Shown: positions 10,133 through 22,135, numbered from the stretch's first letter. The stretch: 64,000 bases of DNA from Nibricoccus sp. (GCA_047602425.1 JASGHG010000001.1:576001-640000); one strand, 5' to 3'. The notes: generated by a model not told the origin, from the letters alone. Numbers and translations: made by a program.

Positions 10133-10207
10133 GAGTTGGTTCTCGCGCAGTGAATTTCTTTTCGCAAGCTCGGGCACAACTCCGGCATCCCTCCCCTCGC
10201 CTGTTAT

Positions 10208-11506
10208 ATGGAACAATTAACGCATGTATTCCGCGGACTTTTAGGTATCGCGGCGCTATTGGGCCTTTCTCTCCTCTTCTGCAACAACCGGCGCGCAATC
10301 AACTGGCGGCTGATTGGCGCCGGCCTGGCGCTTCAAATCGTTTTCGCGGCGCTCGTGTTGCATGTCGGTTGGTTCAAGAATAGCATGGAAGGGCTTGCGC
10401 GACTGTTCGTTTGGGTGGTGGATTTTTCGGCGGAGGGCGCAGGTTTCGTATTTGGCGGTCTGGCCACCAATCGTGCGGCATTCGGTTTTATTTTCGCGTT
10501 CAGCATCCTGCCTACGATCATCTTTTTTTCCGCACTTACCTCGGCGCTCTATTACCTGGGCGTGCTCCAAAAGGTCGTGTACGGCATCGCGTGGGTGTTG
10601 TCGCGCACGATGAAACTTTCCGGTGCGGAAAGCCTTTCGGCCGCAGCAAACATTTTCGTCGGCCAGACCGAAGCGCCGTTGATGGTGAAACCGTATTTGG
10701 AGCGCATGACAAAATCCGAGGTCCTCTGCGTGATGATCGGCGGCATGGCCAACACGGCAGGTGGCGTGCTCGCGGGCTACATCGGCCTCCTCGGCGGCGC
10801 GTCGGAGGAAGCGAAACAATTTTTCGCGCTTCACATGCTCATCCAATCGATCATCTCGGCGCCGGCGGCGATCATCGTGGCCAAACTGCTTTATCCGCAA
10901 ACCGAGGAAATCGACCGCGATCTCAATGTCTCACGCGAGAAAATCGGCGCCAATCTCATCGACGCCATTTGCGTCGGCACGACCGATGGACTCAAGCTCG
11001 CGCTCAATGTCGGCGCCATGCTTGTCGCGTTCACCGCCCTGATCGCGCTCTGCAACGGGGCAATCTCTTCTACCCTTGGTAACTGGTTCGGCTTAAATGG
11101 CTGGGCATCTTCGATCAGCGGCGGGCAATATCCCGTTTTCAATCTGCAATTTCTCCTGGGACTGATCGGTGCGCCCTTCGCTTGGTTGATCGGGGTCGAT
11201 TCGGGACAACTCTTCATCGCGGGCCAGCTCCTCGGCGAAAAGACGGTGCTCAACGAATTCGTCGCCTATAGCTCGATGTCCAAGCTCAAGGACTCCGGCG
11301 TGCTCCACGACCCACGCGCGATTCTTGTGCTGACGTATGCGTTGAGCGGATTCTCCAACATTGTCTCCATCGGCATCCAAGTCGGAGGCATCAGCGCCCT
11401 GGCTCCCAATCAGCGCGAAAACCTCGCACGACTCGGCTGGCGGGCGCTGCTCGGCGGAAGCATTGCGTGCTTCCTCACGGCCTGCGTCGCGGGAATGCTG
11501 ACCTGA
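10208..11506 (+). CDS. nupC: Concentrative nucleoside transporter (CNT/NupC family)
   Basis: FAFSILPTIIFFSAL, GAESLSAAANIFVGQTEAPL, NEFVAY, YALSGFSN. Confidence 0.93.
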   Translation: MEQLTHVFRGLLGIAALLGLSLLFCNNRRAINWRLIGAGLALQIVFAALVLHVGWFKNSMEGLARLFVWVVDFSAEGAGFVFGGLATNRAAFGFIFAFSILPTIIFFSALTSALYYLGVLQKVVYGIAWVLSRTMKLSGAESLSAAANIFVGQTEAPLMVKPYLERMTKSEVLCVMIGGMANTAGGVLAGYIGLLGGASEEAKQFFALHMLIQSIISAPAAIIVAKLLYPQTEEIDRDLNVSREKIGANLIDAICVGTTDGLKLALNVGAMLVAFTALIALCNGAISSTLGNWFGLNGWASSISGGQYPVFNLQFLLGLIGAPFAWLIGVDSGQLFIAGQLLGEKTVLNEFVAYSSMSKLKDSGVLHDPRAILVLTYALSGFSNIVSIGIQVGGISALAPNQRENLARLGWRALLGGSIACFLTACVAGMLT

Positions 11507-11532
11507 AAAAACGCGTTCGACGCGTGGCGTGG

Positions 11533-11898
11533 TTACTTCTGCTTCCAGTCGCCGCGCTCGTCTTGAATCCACTCTCCGGCATGGGCGCGTTGCGCGATCT
11601 GTTTAGCACGGGTGCGGCCAACGAGATCTGCCGAAGAACCCGTCTGCTTCGCCAGCGCGGCGTAAACAATTTCGCGATCCTTGTTCTCGGCCGCAACAAC
11701 TACATCGGCATCGCCAGCGCGCGCTTCGAGGAAGCCACGGTTGTTTTCACCGACCGAACCCTTGTTTTTCAAAGCGTCCACCTGGGCCAGGCGCTGCTCC
11801 ATCCGAGTTTTGACCGTGCCCAGATCCTCAGCCTGCAGCGGCATTGCAAACCCGAGGGTCAAAACAAGAAACAAAGTACCAAGAACGAACTTTTTCAT
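11533..11898 (-). CDS. ydbL: YdbL family (DUF1318) periplasmic protein
   Basis: Signal peptide; LKNKGSVGENNRGFL, ENKDREIVY, GEWIQDERGDW. Confidence 0.85.
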   Translation of the reverse strand: MKKFVLGTLFLVLTLGFAMPLQAEDLGTVKTRMEQRLAQVDALKNKGSVGENNRGFLEARAGDADVVVAAENKDREIVYAALAKQTGSSADLVGRTRAKQIAQRAHAGEWIQDERGDWKQK

Positions 11899-11911
11899 AG
11901 GGGCAAAGAAT

Positions 11912-12106
11912 TCAGGGTTTCGCGGAAGTCGCGGAGAGTGACGCCGATTTTTGATCGAGGTCACCGAAGAAATCGTTGAGCGCCTTGTCGACCTTCACAT
12001 TCACGTCGACCGTGATGTGAGCTTCAACCGGCTGGAGTTTGACGGTGATGCAGCCGCCCCAAAGGGCGACGCATAAAAGAAGCATGAAGCTGCGAAGCAT
12101 GTTCAT
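11912..12106 (-). CDS. ynbE: YnbE-like lipoprotein
   Basis: Lipobox LWGG-C, then HITVDVNVKVDKALNDFF; adjacent to ydbL. Confidence 0.8.
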   Translation of the reverse strand: MNMLRSFMLLLCVALWGGCITVKLQPVEAHITVDVNVKVDKALNDFFGDLDQKSASLSATSAKP

Positions 12107-12213
12107 AAAGTTTCCATATCTGACACGCGCTGGCAACAGAGTTTCCATCGTCGGCTCAAGGCGCGGACCACAAAGCACGTGCAGGTTCTGCAGATTTCGC
12201 TATGCTCCATGGC

Positions 12214-12714
12214 ATGAAGTCTCAAAGCGACCGACCCATTTCACCCGAGGTCAAGATAGGTCACGTTCATCTGCGCGTCTCCGATCTGGAGCGCTCGCTC
12301 AACTTTTACTGTGGCATACTGGGGTTCACTTTGATGCAACGCTATGGTTCGCAAGCCGCATTCATTTCTGCGGGCGGCTATCACCATCACATCGGCCTGA
12401 ATACTTGGGAAAGTCTAAACGGCCAGCCGCCGCCAGCGGGAAGCACGGGGCTTTTCCATCTGGCCATTTTGTATCCAAAAAGATCCGACCTCGCGGATGC
12501 CTACGCACGATTGCAAAACGCGGGGATCGAATTGGACGGCGCCGCCGATCATGGCGTGAGCGAAGCGCTTTATCTGCACGATCCCGACCATAACGGCGTA
12601 GAGCTCTACATCGATCGCCCGAGGGAAAAATGGCCGCTCAGTCCGGACGGAAAACTTGCGATGTACACTCATCCGCTCGATCTTGGGTCGCTGTTGCGTG
12701 AACTCGACCGGTAA
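12214..12714 (+). CDS. VOC/glyoxalase superfamily protein (CatE-like half)
   Basis: IGHVHLRVSDLERS, GGYHHHIGLNTW, GLFHLAILYP, DHGVSEALYLHDPD; alternative start at 12202. Confidence 0.9.
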   Translation: MKSQSDRPISPEVKIGHVHLRVSDLERSLNFYCGILGFTLMQRYGSQAAFISAGGYHHHIGLNTWESLNGQPPPAGSTGLFHLAILYPKRSDLADAYARLQNAGIELDGAADHGVSEALYLHDPDHNGVELYIDRPREKWPLSPDGKLAMYTHPLDLGSLLRELDR

Positions 12715-12773
12715 ATCGGCTCAGCTGTTCAACCGATAGCACACATACAAAAGCGCAGGCGGATGGACTGCGT

Positions 12774-14021
12774 TCAGTGCGCATCGATGGAAAAGTTTTG
12801 TTCCATTCCCACCTTCACCAAGGCGTCGAGCGGTCCTGCCACATTCACATCGAAGGTCACCTCTTTGACCGCGCCACCCGATTGATTTGGCCGGGCTGCG
12901 ATTTTCACGGTTGCGGAGCGGCCCCGGTCATCGCCTTCAGGTGTGAGCTGTACGCTGAGCGTAGTCACACGCAGGTCGGACTTGCCAAGTTCGATGCTGC
13001 TCAAGTTCCCGTAGGCGGGATTTTCCGGACGCACCCAACGCGCCAGCGGCCCCATCCACACTGGCAGAAGGTCGATATATTGCGGAACGCGCCCAGTGAG
13101 AAGGCCGAGATTCGGCGAAAGCCTTACTATTGCCGGTTCGTCGTTGCGCAACGCGAGATGGCCAAGTCCCAATTTCAAACCCGTCGCATCGCTCCATTTC
13201 AAACGGACCACACCGTCGATTCGACCGCGCGCATCCGACAAGCCGGCGGCCGGCACCAGCAACACGATATCCTGCAAACCCACGCGTTGAAAACGCAGGT
13301 TCAGATCCACCACCGGCGGAATCAATGCCACCTCGGCCGGGTCTACGAACAGTTCGCCACCGGCAATCTCCACCTGCGCCGAAAGAAGCTGGAGCGTGCG
13401 TTGCGGCGTCAGCAACGCTTTCAGTTCCAGGTTTCGCGCGCCGAAACGCGGATGCGCGATGGTCCCGATTTTGAGTTCAAACGGGGCCGTGCTGCTTCCG
13501 CGCAGACCGACCGCATCGATCGCAAATTCTCCGTTGAAAGAAATTCCTTCGAGTTTCCATCCCTGCTCTGCGTGAACGAGCACGCCATCGCGCCACGTGC
13601 AAACCAGCCGACCGGTGATTTCGCCGTTGTGCAACGTGCCGTCGCCAGAAACCGTCAAAAAGCCTTGGGCGGAAACACCCTTCAATCCTTCGCCTAGTCG
13701 TGGCGCCAGCAGGCCCAGCCAGACTGCCGCGTCGACCCGCGCCTGGTCGATATGCCACGAACCTTCGCCTGTCGCTAAATTTATCCGTCCGCTCACGCCC
13801 AACTGCGTGCCGGCTGCGTCGATTTTGTAGGAGAAGCTCTGTTCGCCCGCCGCACCGCGGCCAAACGACATTTTCCAGGGCAGGACAAACTCGGGATTGC
13901 GGGCGAAGAGTTTCAATTCGCCGCCAATTTCCCCGGTTACCGTCGCCTCCACGCCCAGCGCGGCCACACGGCCGGCGACCGCAAACAGCAGAAGGCAAAA
14001 AATGAAAGGAGACCGGCGCAC
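12774..14021 (-). CDS. ydbH: Short YdbH-like (AsmA-like) intermembrane protein
   Basis: N-terminal hydrophobic segment, beta-strand-rich repeats, 'SAQVEIAGGEL', 'ARGRIDGVV', C-terminal 'VTFDVNVAGPL'; same strand as and near ynbE-ydbL. Confidence 0.6.
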   Translation of the reverse strand: MRRSPFIFCLLLFAVAGRVAALGVEATVTGEIGGELKLFARNPEFVLPWKMSFGRGAAGEQSFSYKIDAAGTQLGVSGRINLATGEGSWHIDQARVDAAVWLGLLAPRLGEGLKGVSAQGFLTVSGDGTLHNGEITGRLVCTWRDGVLVHAEQGWKLEGISFNGEFAIDAVGLRGSSTAPFELKIGTIAHPRFGARNLELKALLTPQRTLQLLSAQVEIAGGELFVDPAEVALIPPVVDLNLRFQRVGLQDIVLLVPAAGLSDARGRIDGVVRLKWSDATGLKLGLGHLALRNDEPAIVRLSPNLGLLTGRVPQYIDLLPVWMGPLARWVRPENPAYGNLSSIELGKSDLRVTTLSVQLTPEGDDRGRSATVKIAARPNQSGGAVKEVTFDVNVAGPLDALVKVGMEQNFSIDAH

Positions 14022-14107
14022 GCCCCTATTTGACTCGCCTGCCTTCCGGCCGCAAGCGAAGGGTTGTAGTTAACAACACCGCTTCACCGACAGCGAAACC
14101 ACCCTGT

Positions 14108-14524
14108 TTACGAACCGGTTTTCACCGCCAAATCGTGAGCCCGCACCGCGTCCTGCACGATTTTCACCAGATCGGTCAGTTGCACCGGCTTCAGCAGATA
14201 GCGGAAGAGTGCGGCCTCGTTGACACTGCGCAGCAGCATCTCGGGTTTCATATAACCGGTCACAAGCACCCGCTGCATGTGGGGAAACTCTTCGCGGCAT
14301 CGCACGAGGAAACCCATGCCGTTGCCGCCGGGCATCAGGTGATCGGCCACAACCGCCTTGAAGTTTTTCTTGCGCAAAATGAATTCGGCTTCCCGCGCCG
14401 ACGTCGCCGTCGAAACATCGAATAGCGGCGAAAGCGTCTGCGCAAAAACATCGAGCAGACTTTTTTCGTCATCGACCAGCAGCACCGAATCGCGAGGGGC
14501 GGAGGGCGAGGCGTCTGTATTCAT
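14108..14524 (-). CDS. Single-domain response regulator
   Basis: VLLVDDE, VVADHLMPGGNG, VLVTGY, YLLKP. Confidence 0.9.
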   Translation of the reverse strand: MNTDASPSAPRDSVLLVDDEKSLLDVFAQTLSPLFDVSTATSAREAEFILRKKNFKAVVADHLMPGGNGMGFLVRCREEFPHMQRVLVTGYMKPEMLLRSVNEAALFRYLLKPVQLTDLVKIVQDAVRAHDLAVKTGS

Positions 14525-14652
14525 CAGAGCGATGGATGTAGTTTCGCCGCGGGACGTTGGCAAACCCATTTCTCTGAGGGCTCTCCCCTCCCGTCTCCTC
14601 CCGGTTTTTGGTTGCCCGCACCTGTGGCCCGCGTTGTGCTCATTTCACGGAT

Positions 14653-15663
14653 ATGACGGCGAACGACCTCCACGCCGCGCTGCGCAACAAACATCTCGAA
14701 CCTGCCGAAATTGCACAGCTCACGGCCGACCTCCTGACCGAGCGCAATGCCTCGGGCAACACCCCGCTGCACAGCGCCGCCAAGTACGGCGCGATCGCCC
14801 ACTTGCCCCCCGCGTTGCTGACGCTGGAAAATCTCCTACTCAAAAACGACTCCGGCTATACGCCGCTGCATCATGCGGCTTTGGGCGGCTGCCTTAACCA
14901 ACTGCCACCTTCCACACTCACGCTCGACGCTCTGCATACTCGCAGCAACCTCGGTTACACCGTGCTCCACGTCGCTGCCGCCCACGGCCACCTTGCTCAA
15001 ATTCCAAACGCGTTGCTGACCGACAACCTCGTGGAGATCAAAACCGACTTGGGCAACACGCTTCTCCATGAGGCGGCCGAAAACGGCACCCTCGATCATT
15101 TCCCCGTCGCCCTCATCACGGCGCGCGCTCTCGCCGTTCCCAATGCCAGCGGCGAAACGGTCTTCCACGTGGCCGCACTCAACGGCAACCTCGCGCAAAT
15201 TCCGCCGGAGTTTCTCACGGCAGAAAGCCTTCTCGCCAAAACTGGCTCGGGCGACACCGTCATTCACGCGGCGGCCATTGCCGGGCGCCTGGAGCAAATC
15301 CCGCCGTCTCTGCTCACGCACGCCAATCTCACCATTGCCAGCAAGTCCGGGTACACCGTGATCCATGCCGCCGCCGAAACCGGCCAACTCGACAAAATTC
15401 CGCGGACCGAACTCACCCGCGACCTTCTGCTGACTCGCAACGACCACGGCGACACCCCGCTTCACGCCGCCGCTTACGAAGGGCATCTCGACCAGATTCC
15501 GACCGAACTCCTGACGGGCGAAACGCTCAATATCCGCAATTACGATGGCGTAACCCCGCTGCATACGGCGAAGAGCCGCGGTTTCATCGCCCAAATTCCA
15601 GAAGCCCTCCGCCCCAAGCCCGCCGGACCGTTCAAACGTTTCGTTGCCAGGCTGGGCTTTTGA
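14653..15663 (+). CDS. Ankyrin-repeat protein (about nine 33-aa repeats)
   Basis: GxTPLHxAAxxG recurs every 33 aa. Confidence 0.9.
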   Translation: MTANDLHAALRNKHLEPAEIAQLTADLLTERNASGNTPLHSAAKYGAIAHLPPALLTLENLLLKNDSGYTPLHHAALGGCLNQLPPSTLTLDALHTRSNLGYTVLHVAAAHGHLAQIPNALLTDNLVEIKTDLGNTLLHEAAENGTLDHFPVALITARALAVPNASGETVFHVAALNGNLAQIPPEFLTAESLLAKTGSGDTVIHAAAIAGRLEQIPPSLLTHANLTIASKSGYTVIHAAAETGQLDKIPRTELTRDLLLTRNDHGDTPLHAAAYEGHLDQIPTELLTGETLNIRNYDGVTPLHTAKSRGFIAQIPEALRPKPAGPFKRFVARLGF

Positions 15664-15688
15664 AAAACAACTAAGGTTGTAGCGAAAG

Positions 15689-15714
15689 GTAGGGCGCGAC
15701 CGCCGGGGGCGCCG
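15689..15714 (+). repeat. GTAG-type REP-like element
   Basis: GTAGGGCGCGACCGCCGGGGGCGCCG; 25/26 identical to 53051-53076. Confidence 0.8.
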
Positions 15715-15834
15715 AAAACAACGCTGCAGGCCCTGCAGTCTCTCCCCTGCGCATATTTTGGCAAGTTGTTGCCTGCCCACTTTTGGCCTTTCCCTCGTGG
15801 CAAGGGTCATTTTCACTATCCGTTCTTTTCGTAA

Positions 15835-17142
<1,308 letters not shown>

Positions 17143-17150
17143 GCTCGGAA

Positions 17151-17177
17151 CGGACGGCCAGACTGGCCGTCCCTACC
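17151..17177 (-). repeat. GTAG-type REP-like element
   Basis: Reverse complement GGTAGGGACGGCCAGTCTGGCCGTCCG; related copy at 53084-53111. Confidence 0.75.
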
Positions 17178-17191
17178 AACGATAAATCTCC

Positions 17192-17221
17192 AAGGCCGGG
17201 CCTAAAAAGCCCGGCCTTTTT
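17192..17221 (+). terminator. Rho-independent terminator of eno
   Basis: AAGGCCGGGC-CTAAAAA-GCCCGGCCTT then TTT. Confidence 0.85.
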
Positions 17222-17236
17222 CGTATTCCCGCTTGG

Positions 17237-18388
17237 CTACTGCACGTAGATCGGCTCCTTGATCGTGTCGAAGGTCGAATAGTTGTTGAGCCGGTTGATC
17301 ATGATTTCCGTCAAACGATTCCCCGCCGCAACCAGAAGCACATCGCCAGTGGTCTTGACGTCTGAAACCAGGATTTGCCCAGGTTGCAGCTCGTGGGTTT
17401 GCAAGGACAGCACCGGCTTGTCTGCGGAAATTGAATTTTCCAGGAAGGCCTCAAAGCATTTGAAACAGTTGTCGAGCATGACGAGGTCGTACACGCCGGA
17501 CCGCGACTTCATCTCGTCGTAGGCCCGTTTCTTCACGATGCCCTCGGCTTCGAGCAGCACCCGGTCGTGAAGAATCTTCAGCATGCGCGCGCCAACCGGG
17601 ATGTTTTCCCGCGCGACATTGTCGGACGGATAGCCGCTGCCGTCGTAGTTCTTTGTCTGATACAATACGATTTTAGCCACCGGCTCGAGGCGCGGGATAT
17701 TGACGAGCAGATCGTGGCCGATGCGGGGCGATTTTTCGACCATCGCTTTTTCGCGCGCGGCGAGTTCCACCCCTTGCTCGAGTTTGCGCAGAATCAACGG
17801 CGGCACAGATACGAGCCCGACGTCCGCGAGGAGCGCGGCCATTTCGTAAGTCCAGGTGGCGGGCATGCCTAACCATTTGCCAAAGGTACGAACCGAATCC
17901 CTCAGCTTTTGGCCACGCCCAAAGGCGGCCGGATCGATCATCGAAAGCACGTCGGTCAGCACTTTCACAGAACCAGAGAGCGTGCCTTCCAGCAATTCGC
18001 GCTCCATCGTCACAAGAGCGTAATGCTTCAGCGCCGCTTCCAGCGTGAGTTTCAGCGCCTCCGGTTCGCAGGGTTTGTTGAGGAAACCGTAAATATGTCC
18101 CTGGTTGACGGCATCGGTTGCGGTTTTTTGGTCCGCATTACCGGTTAGCATCAACCGGACGGTATCGGGAGCAATCTCGCAAACCTTGGCCAGCAGTTCC
18201 ACCCCGTTCATGCCCGGCATCTGCATGTCAGCCACGATCACCGCATAGGGACCGGACGACTTTATCAAATCGAGGGCGTCCTGTCCGCCAGTCGCGGTGT
18301 CGAAGGAAAAAAGCTTGCGCAGATTGCGTTGAAACGCGGCGAGCAGATTGGGGTCGTCATCGACAAAGAGAATTTGCTTCGTGTTCAT
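17237..18388 (-). CDS. Response regulator with degenerate HD-GYP-like domain
   Basis: REC (ILFVDDD, ADMQMPG, LTG, KP); AALLADVG at the HD position; NYDGSGYP. Confidence 0.88.
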   Translation of the reverse strand: MNTKQILFVDDDPNLLAAFQRNLRKLFSFDTATGGQDALDLIKSSGPYAVIVADMQMPGMNGVELLAKVCEIAPDTVRLMLTGNADQKTATDAVNQGHIYGFLNKPCEPEALKLTLEAALKHYALVTMERELLEGTLSGSVKVLTDVLSMIDPAAFGRGQKLRDSVRTFGKWLGMPATWTYEMAALLADVGLVSVPPLILRKLEQGVELAAREKAMVEKSPRIGHDLLVNIPRLEPVAKIVLYQTKNYDGSGYPSDNVARENIPVGARMLKILHDRVLLEAEGIVKKRAYDEMKSRSGVYDLVMLDNCFKCFEAFLENSISADKPVLSLQTHELQPGQILVSDVKTTGDVLLVAAGNRLTEIMINRLNNYSTFDTIKEPIYVQ

Positions 18389-18409
18389 GGGAGGTAAAGC
18401 GCGTGGCTC

Positions 18410-19627
18410 TTATGGCAGCGAAATTTGATCGAGGGATTGGCGGCCCCCTTGCTGCGCGGTGAGAGGAAGATCCACGGGAATTGGTTCGACCACCGGATGC
18501 AGCGAGGCGAAATTGCGCAGGCGCTGGATTTGCGTGGCGTTCAACGACGTGCCGGCGGACAACACAACCGCGCCCTCGATCGTCGTGACATCTGACGATA
18601 AAACGTGACCCGGGATCAGATCGTTAAGCGAAACGTTGCGCTGATTGCTTCCAGACCCCTTGCGCGGATTTTGGAGCATGGGCCCGCAAGCAGCGACCTC
18701 CCGCACGACGGCCGGGTCGTAGCGTTCCGGTCCTGCCTTGAGCGCTCCCGAGACATCCGAAAGAGATAACCCTTTGTTATGCATCCTAACCACTTCATGC
18801 ACGACACGAAGAATGCGGGCACCCAGGGGAATTTCGGCGCGACCGATGTTGTCCACCGGGAAGCCGGAGCCGTCGAAATTTTTGTATTGGTAAAGCACCA
18901 TTTGCGCGACGCCCTCCAGACGCGGTATGGCCGCAAGCAAACGTGAGGAAAATTCAGGGATTCGATCGACCAGCTGCTTTTCACTGGGTGTCAGGGCTTG
19001 ATGAGTTCGCACTTTTTCGCGCACGCCCGTCGGCAACGTCACAATGCCGACTTCCGCTAGCAACGCAGCAACCTCCACATCCCACGTTGAGCCATGTCCA
19101 AGTTTTCCCGCCAGGTCGCGCGCCAATCTGCGTCGCAATTGGGCCTGTCCGAAAGCCTCCGGATCCAAAGTAGCCAGGATGTCGGTGAGCACCTGCAACG
19201 AACCCTTGAGGGTTTGGTTCAGCAACGCCTTTTCCGTGGTGACGAGTTCGTGTTGCTTGAGCGCGGTATCGAGCGCCGCAGTCAAGGCTTCGGGCGAACA
19301 CGGCTTGGAAAGAAAACGAAAAACATTGCTCCGATTGACCGCCTCGGCCGCCGTGCGCTGGTCGGCGTTTCCCGTCAGCATGATGCGGACAGTGTCCGGC
19401 CAGCCGGCATGGACCGCTTCGAGGAGTTCGACGCCGTTCATGACCGGCATGCTGAAATCGGCCACGATCACCGCATAGGGTCCGCGAGTCCTGACGATCT
19501 CAAGGGCTTCGTTGCCGCCGCCCGCAATATCGAAACTGAAACGCTTGCGGAGGTTGCGCTGCATCGCCGCGAGGACGTTGGGGTCGTCGTCGACAAAGAG
19601 TATCTTTTGATTGGTTTCGGTTGGCAT
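18410..19627 (-). CDS. Response regulator with degenerate HD-GYP-like domain (paralog of 17237-18388)
   Basis: REC (ILFVDDD, ADFSMP); AALLAEVG; NFDGSGFP; IPLGARIL. Confidence 0.88.
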   Translation of the reverse strand: MPTETNQKILFVDDDPNVLAAMQRNLRKRFSFDIAGGGNEALEIVRTRGPYAVIVADFSMPVMNGVELLEAVHAGWPDTVRIMLTGNADQRTAAEAVNRSNVFRFLSKPCSPEALTAALDTALKQHELVTTEKALLNQTLKGSLQVLTDILATLDPEAFGQAQLRRRLARDLAGKLGHGSTWDVEVAALLAEVGIVTLPTGVREKVRTHQALTPSEKQLVDRIPEFSSRLLAAIPRLEGVAQMVLYQYKNFDGSGFPVDNIGRAEIPLGARILRVVHEVVRMHNKGLSLSDVSGALKAGPERYDPAVVREVAACGPMLQNPRKGSGSNQRNVSLNDLIPGHVLSSDVTTIEGAVVLSAGTSLNATQIQRLRNFASLHPVVEPIPVDLPLTAQQGGRQSLDQISLP

Positions 19628-19629
19628 GG

Positions 19630-22047
19630 TTATTTGGTGCCCATCCAGTTTTGCCGGGTGGAACCGGGGGGTGGCGGAGTCAGCGGCAGGGTCAGGATGA
19701 AAGTCGTCCCCTTGCCCATTTCGGTGGTGAAACTTACATTTCCACGGTGTTTTTTCACAATCACGGCCTGAACAATGGCAAGCCCCTGCCCAGTGCCCTT
19801 GCCGACGGGTTTGGTGGTAAAGAATGGTTCAAATACCCGCTCGCGCACCGCTTCGGGAATGCCGGTGCCCGTGTCCGTGACTTCGATAATGACATTGCCC
19901 GCGTCCTGCCGGGTGCGGATGGTGATGAGCCCGCGCGTGGCGCCGGTTTTTTTGTTGGCCTCCTCGATGGCGTGAGTCGCGTTAATGATCAGGTTGAGCA
20001 CCGCCTGGTTGATTTCGTCGATCACGCAATTCACCTTGGGCAGGTTCGGATCGAGCTCAGTGACAACGTCGGCGACGTACTTCCATTCATGCCGGGAGAC
20101 TCCCACCGTTGTCTCTATCGCTCGGTTTATGTTGGCATGGCTTTTCTCCTCGCCGCCCGGATGGGAAAATTCTTTCAGGGAACCCACGATCTTGCCGATT
20201 CGCCGCAGCCCATCCAGGGACTGCTCAAGGCAGCGCGGGATCTCCTCGATCAAATACTCAAGTTCATTCTCGGTTTCGGTCGCCTTGATTTCCGCCAGCA
20301 CCGGACCGAAATCCGCATGAGCGGCGGCCTGCTCAACCAACTGACGGTGGCTGGCCAAAATCTTTTCCAGTTGGGCAAACGCGCCTGTGAGAAACCGCGC
20401 GTTATCGGAAATAAATTGTGTGGGTGTGTTGATTTCATGGGCCACCCCCGCGGCCAACGAGCCGACCGACTCCAGCTTGTTGGTGAGTTGCAGCCGCGCC
20501 TCCAATTCCCGGCGTTCCACTTCCGCTTTCTTTTTTTCAGAAACGTCGCGCACCGAACCGTGGATGATGGAGCGGCCGCGAAAAGCGAAGGACGACAAAA
20601 GTACTTCCGCGGGAAAACACGAGCCATCCTTGCGTTGATGCATCCACTCGAATTGGCAACTGCCGTTTTGCAGGGCCTGCTGGATATAATCCGCCGCCGT
20701 GACGGCTGAGTCACGCCCATCGGGCTGTTCGGATGGAGATACGTCCTTGGGTTGGAGTTTCATCAACTCGTCCTTGGAGTAGCCAAACATCTCAAGCGCC
20801 TTGGGATTGCAGTCGATCAATTTGTTATCGCACAGCAACAGGATGGCGTCGCTCGCTCCGGAAAATATCGCCTTCAAAAGCGCTTCGCTCTCACGCTGCG
20901 CCTCCTCCGCTTTTTTGCGCTCGGTGATGTCCTCTTTTACGGCGACGTAGTGCGTGATAATGCCCTGCTCGTTTCTGATTCCCGACATCGTCGCCCGCTC
21001 CCAAAAGAGTTCTCCGTTTTTTCGGCGATTTTGCAGATCCCCCAACCACTCGCGCCCGGCAGACAACGTGGACCACATTTCACGATAAAATTCATCGGAC
21101 TGAGTGCCGGACTTTAAAATCCTGGGATTCTTCCCGATCACTTCGTTCGCCGCGTAGCCGGTGACTTTTTCGAAGTAAGGATTAACGTATTCGATCCGCC
21201 CCTGCGTATCCGTGATGATGATCGACGACAAACTTTGCTCCACCGCACACGAAAGCATGCGCAGGCGCTCCTGAGCGATTTTCTGCACGGTGATGTCGCG
21301 TGAGATGCCATACGTGCCGACCAATTTTCCGGCGCGGTTATAAAACGGCAGCTTCGTCGTGCTTACCCAAACCATGCTACCATCACTAAACGTTTCCTTT
21401 TCCTCCAGATCGATCACGGGTTGGCCGGTGCGAATAACGCGTTGTTCGTCCTGAAAAGCCGGGGCGGCGTGTTCGACCGTGAAGTAATCGAAATCCGTTT
21501 TGCCGATGCAATCCCTCGGATCCGGCAGCCCAAACTTCGTGGCCTGCGCCCGGCTGACCCTGAGAAACCGGCTGGCAACGTCCTTGAAGTAGATGGAATT
21601 CTGGGTCGTCTCCAAAAGCGCATGCAGCATGTCCTCGTCGGTCACCGCATTGTCTCCGCCTTCCTCCATTGCCTGGGTTATACCCGCATAGAGATACACG
21701 TGTCGCGTCCCTTCGCCGGCGACAGACGGTCCTTCGAGAAATTGCACGCGAACCGGAAATTCGCTGCCCAGCATATCCCGCAGGCTGATAGTTCCCTTCC
21801 AGAAACCGCGTACGTGGAGTTGCAGATAAATTTCCCGCTGGAAACGATCGTAGTCGTGCACCCCGATAAAATCGGCGATGGTCAGTTTTGAGAAATCGAC
21901 GGCTCCGCCCGGGTCGAGCCGGTTCAGTCCCGCTGGGTTCAGATAGACCGGTCGCAGTTCGGGCAAAGTAAAGACGGCGAAAACTCCCGGCAGTAATTTA
22001 CCGATAGCATAGAGATCGGCTTGCAAGACTGGTGCGTCGCCGGTCAT
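19630..22047 (-). CDS. Cytoplasmic multi-PAS sensor histidine kinase
   Basis: About four PAS/PAC repeats; [13 protein letters not shown]-box; [26 protein letters not shown]; no TM segment seen. Confidence 0.93.
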   Translation of the reverse strand: MTGDAPVLQADLYAIGKLLPGVFAVFTLPELRPVYLNPAGLNRLDPGGAVDFSKLTIADFIGVHDYDRFQREIYLQLHVRGFWKGTISLRDMLGSEFPVRVQFLEGPSVAGEGTRHVYLYAGITQAMEEGGDNAVTDEDMLHALLETTQNSIYFKDVASRFLRVSRAQATKFGLPDPRDCIGKTDFDYFTVEHAAPAFQDEQRVIRTGQPVIDLEEKETFSDGSMVWVSTTKLPFYNRAGKLVGTYGISRDITVQKIAQERLRMLSCAVEQSLSSIIITDTQGRIEYVNPYFEKVTGYAANEVIGKNPRILKSGTQSDEFYREMWSTLSAGREWLGDLQNRRKNGELFWERATMSGIRNEQGIITHYVAVKEDITERKKAEEAQRESEALLKAIFSGASDAILLLCDNKLIDCNPKALEMFGYSKDELMKLQPKDVSPSEQPDGRDSAVTAADYIQQALQNGSCQFEWMHQRKDGSCFPAEVLLSSFAFRGRSIIHGSVRDVSEKKKAEVERRELEARLQLTNKLESVGSLAAGVAHEINTPTQFISDNARFLTGAFAQLEKILASHRQLVEQAAAHADFGPVLAEIKATETENELEYLIEEIPRCLEQSLDGLRRIGKIVGSLKEFSHPGGEEKSHANINRAIETTVGVSRHEWKYVADVVTELDPNLPKVNCVIDEINQAVLNLIINATHAIEEANKKTGATRGLITIRTRQDAGNVIIEVTDTGTGIPEAVRERVFEPFFTTKPVGKGTGQGLAIVQAVIVKKHRGNVSFTTEMGKGTTFILTLPLTPPPPGSTRQNWMGTK

Positions 22048-22135
22048 GCGTCCATCCCCGCGCTTCGGTATGATTGTTGGTCCTCGTGCATGTTTTAGTC
22101 GTCGGTGACGTCAAACCTTTCAACAGCTCCCATGG

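Noticed and set aside
12712..12739. TAAA-N16-ACCGATAG sigma28-like box
   Set aside because: Spacer is off by one, it overlaps the VOC stop codon and it points antisense into ydbH; likely chance
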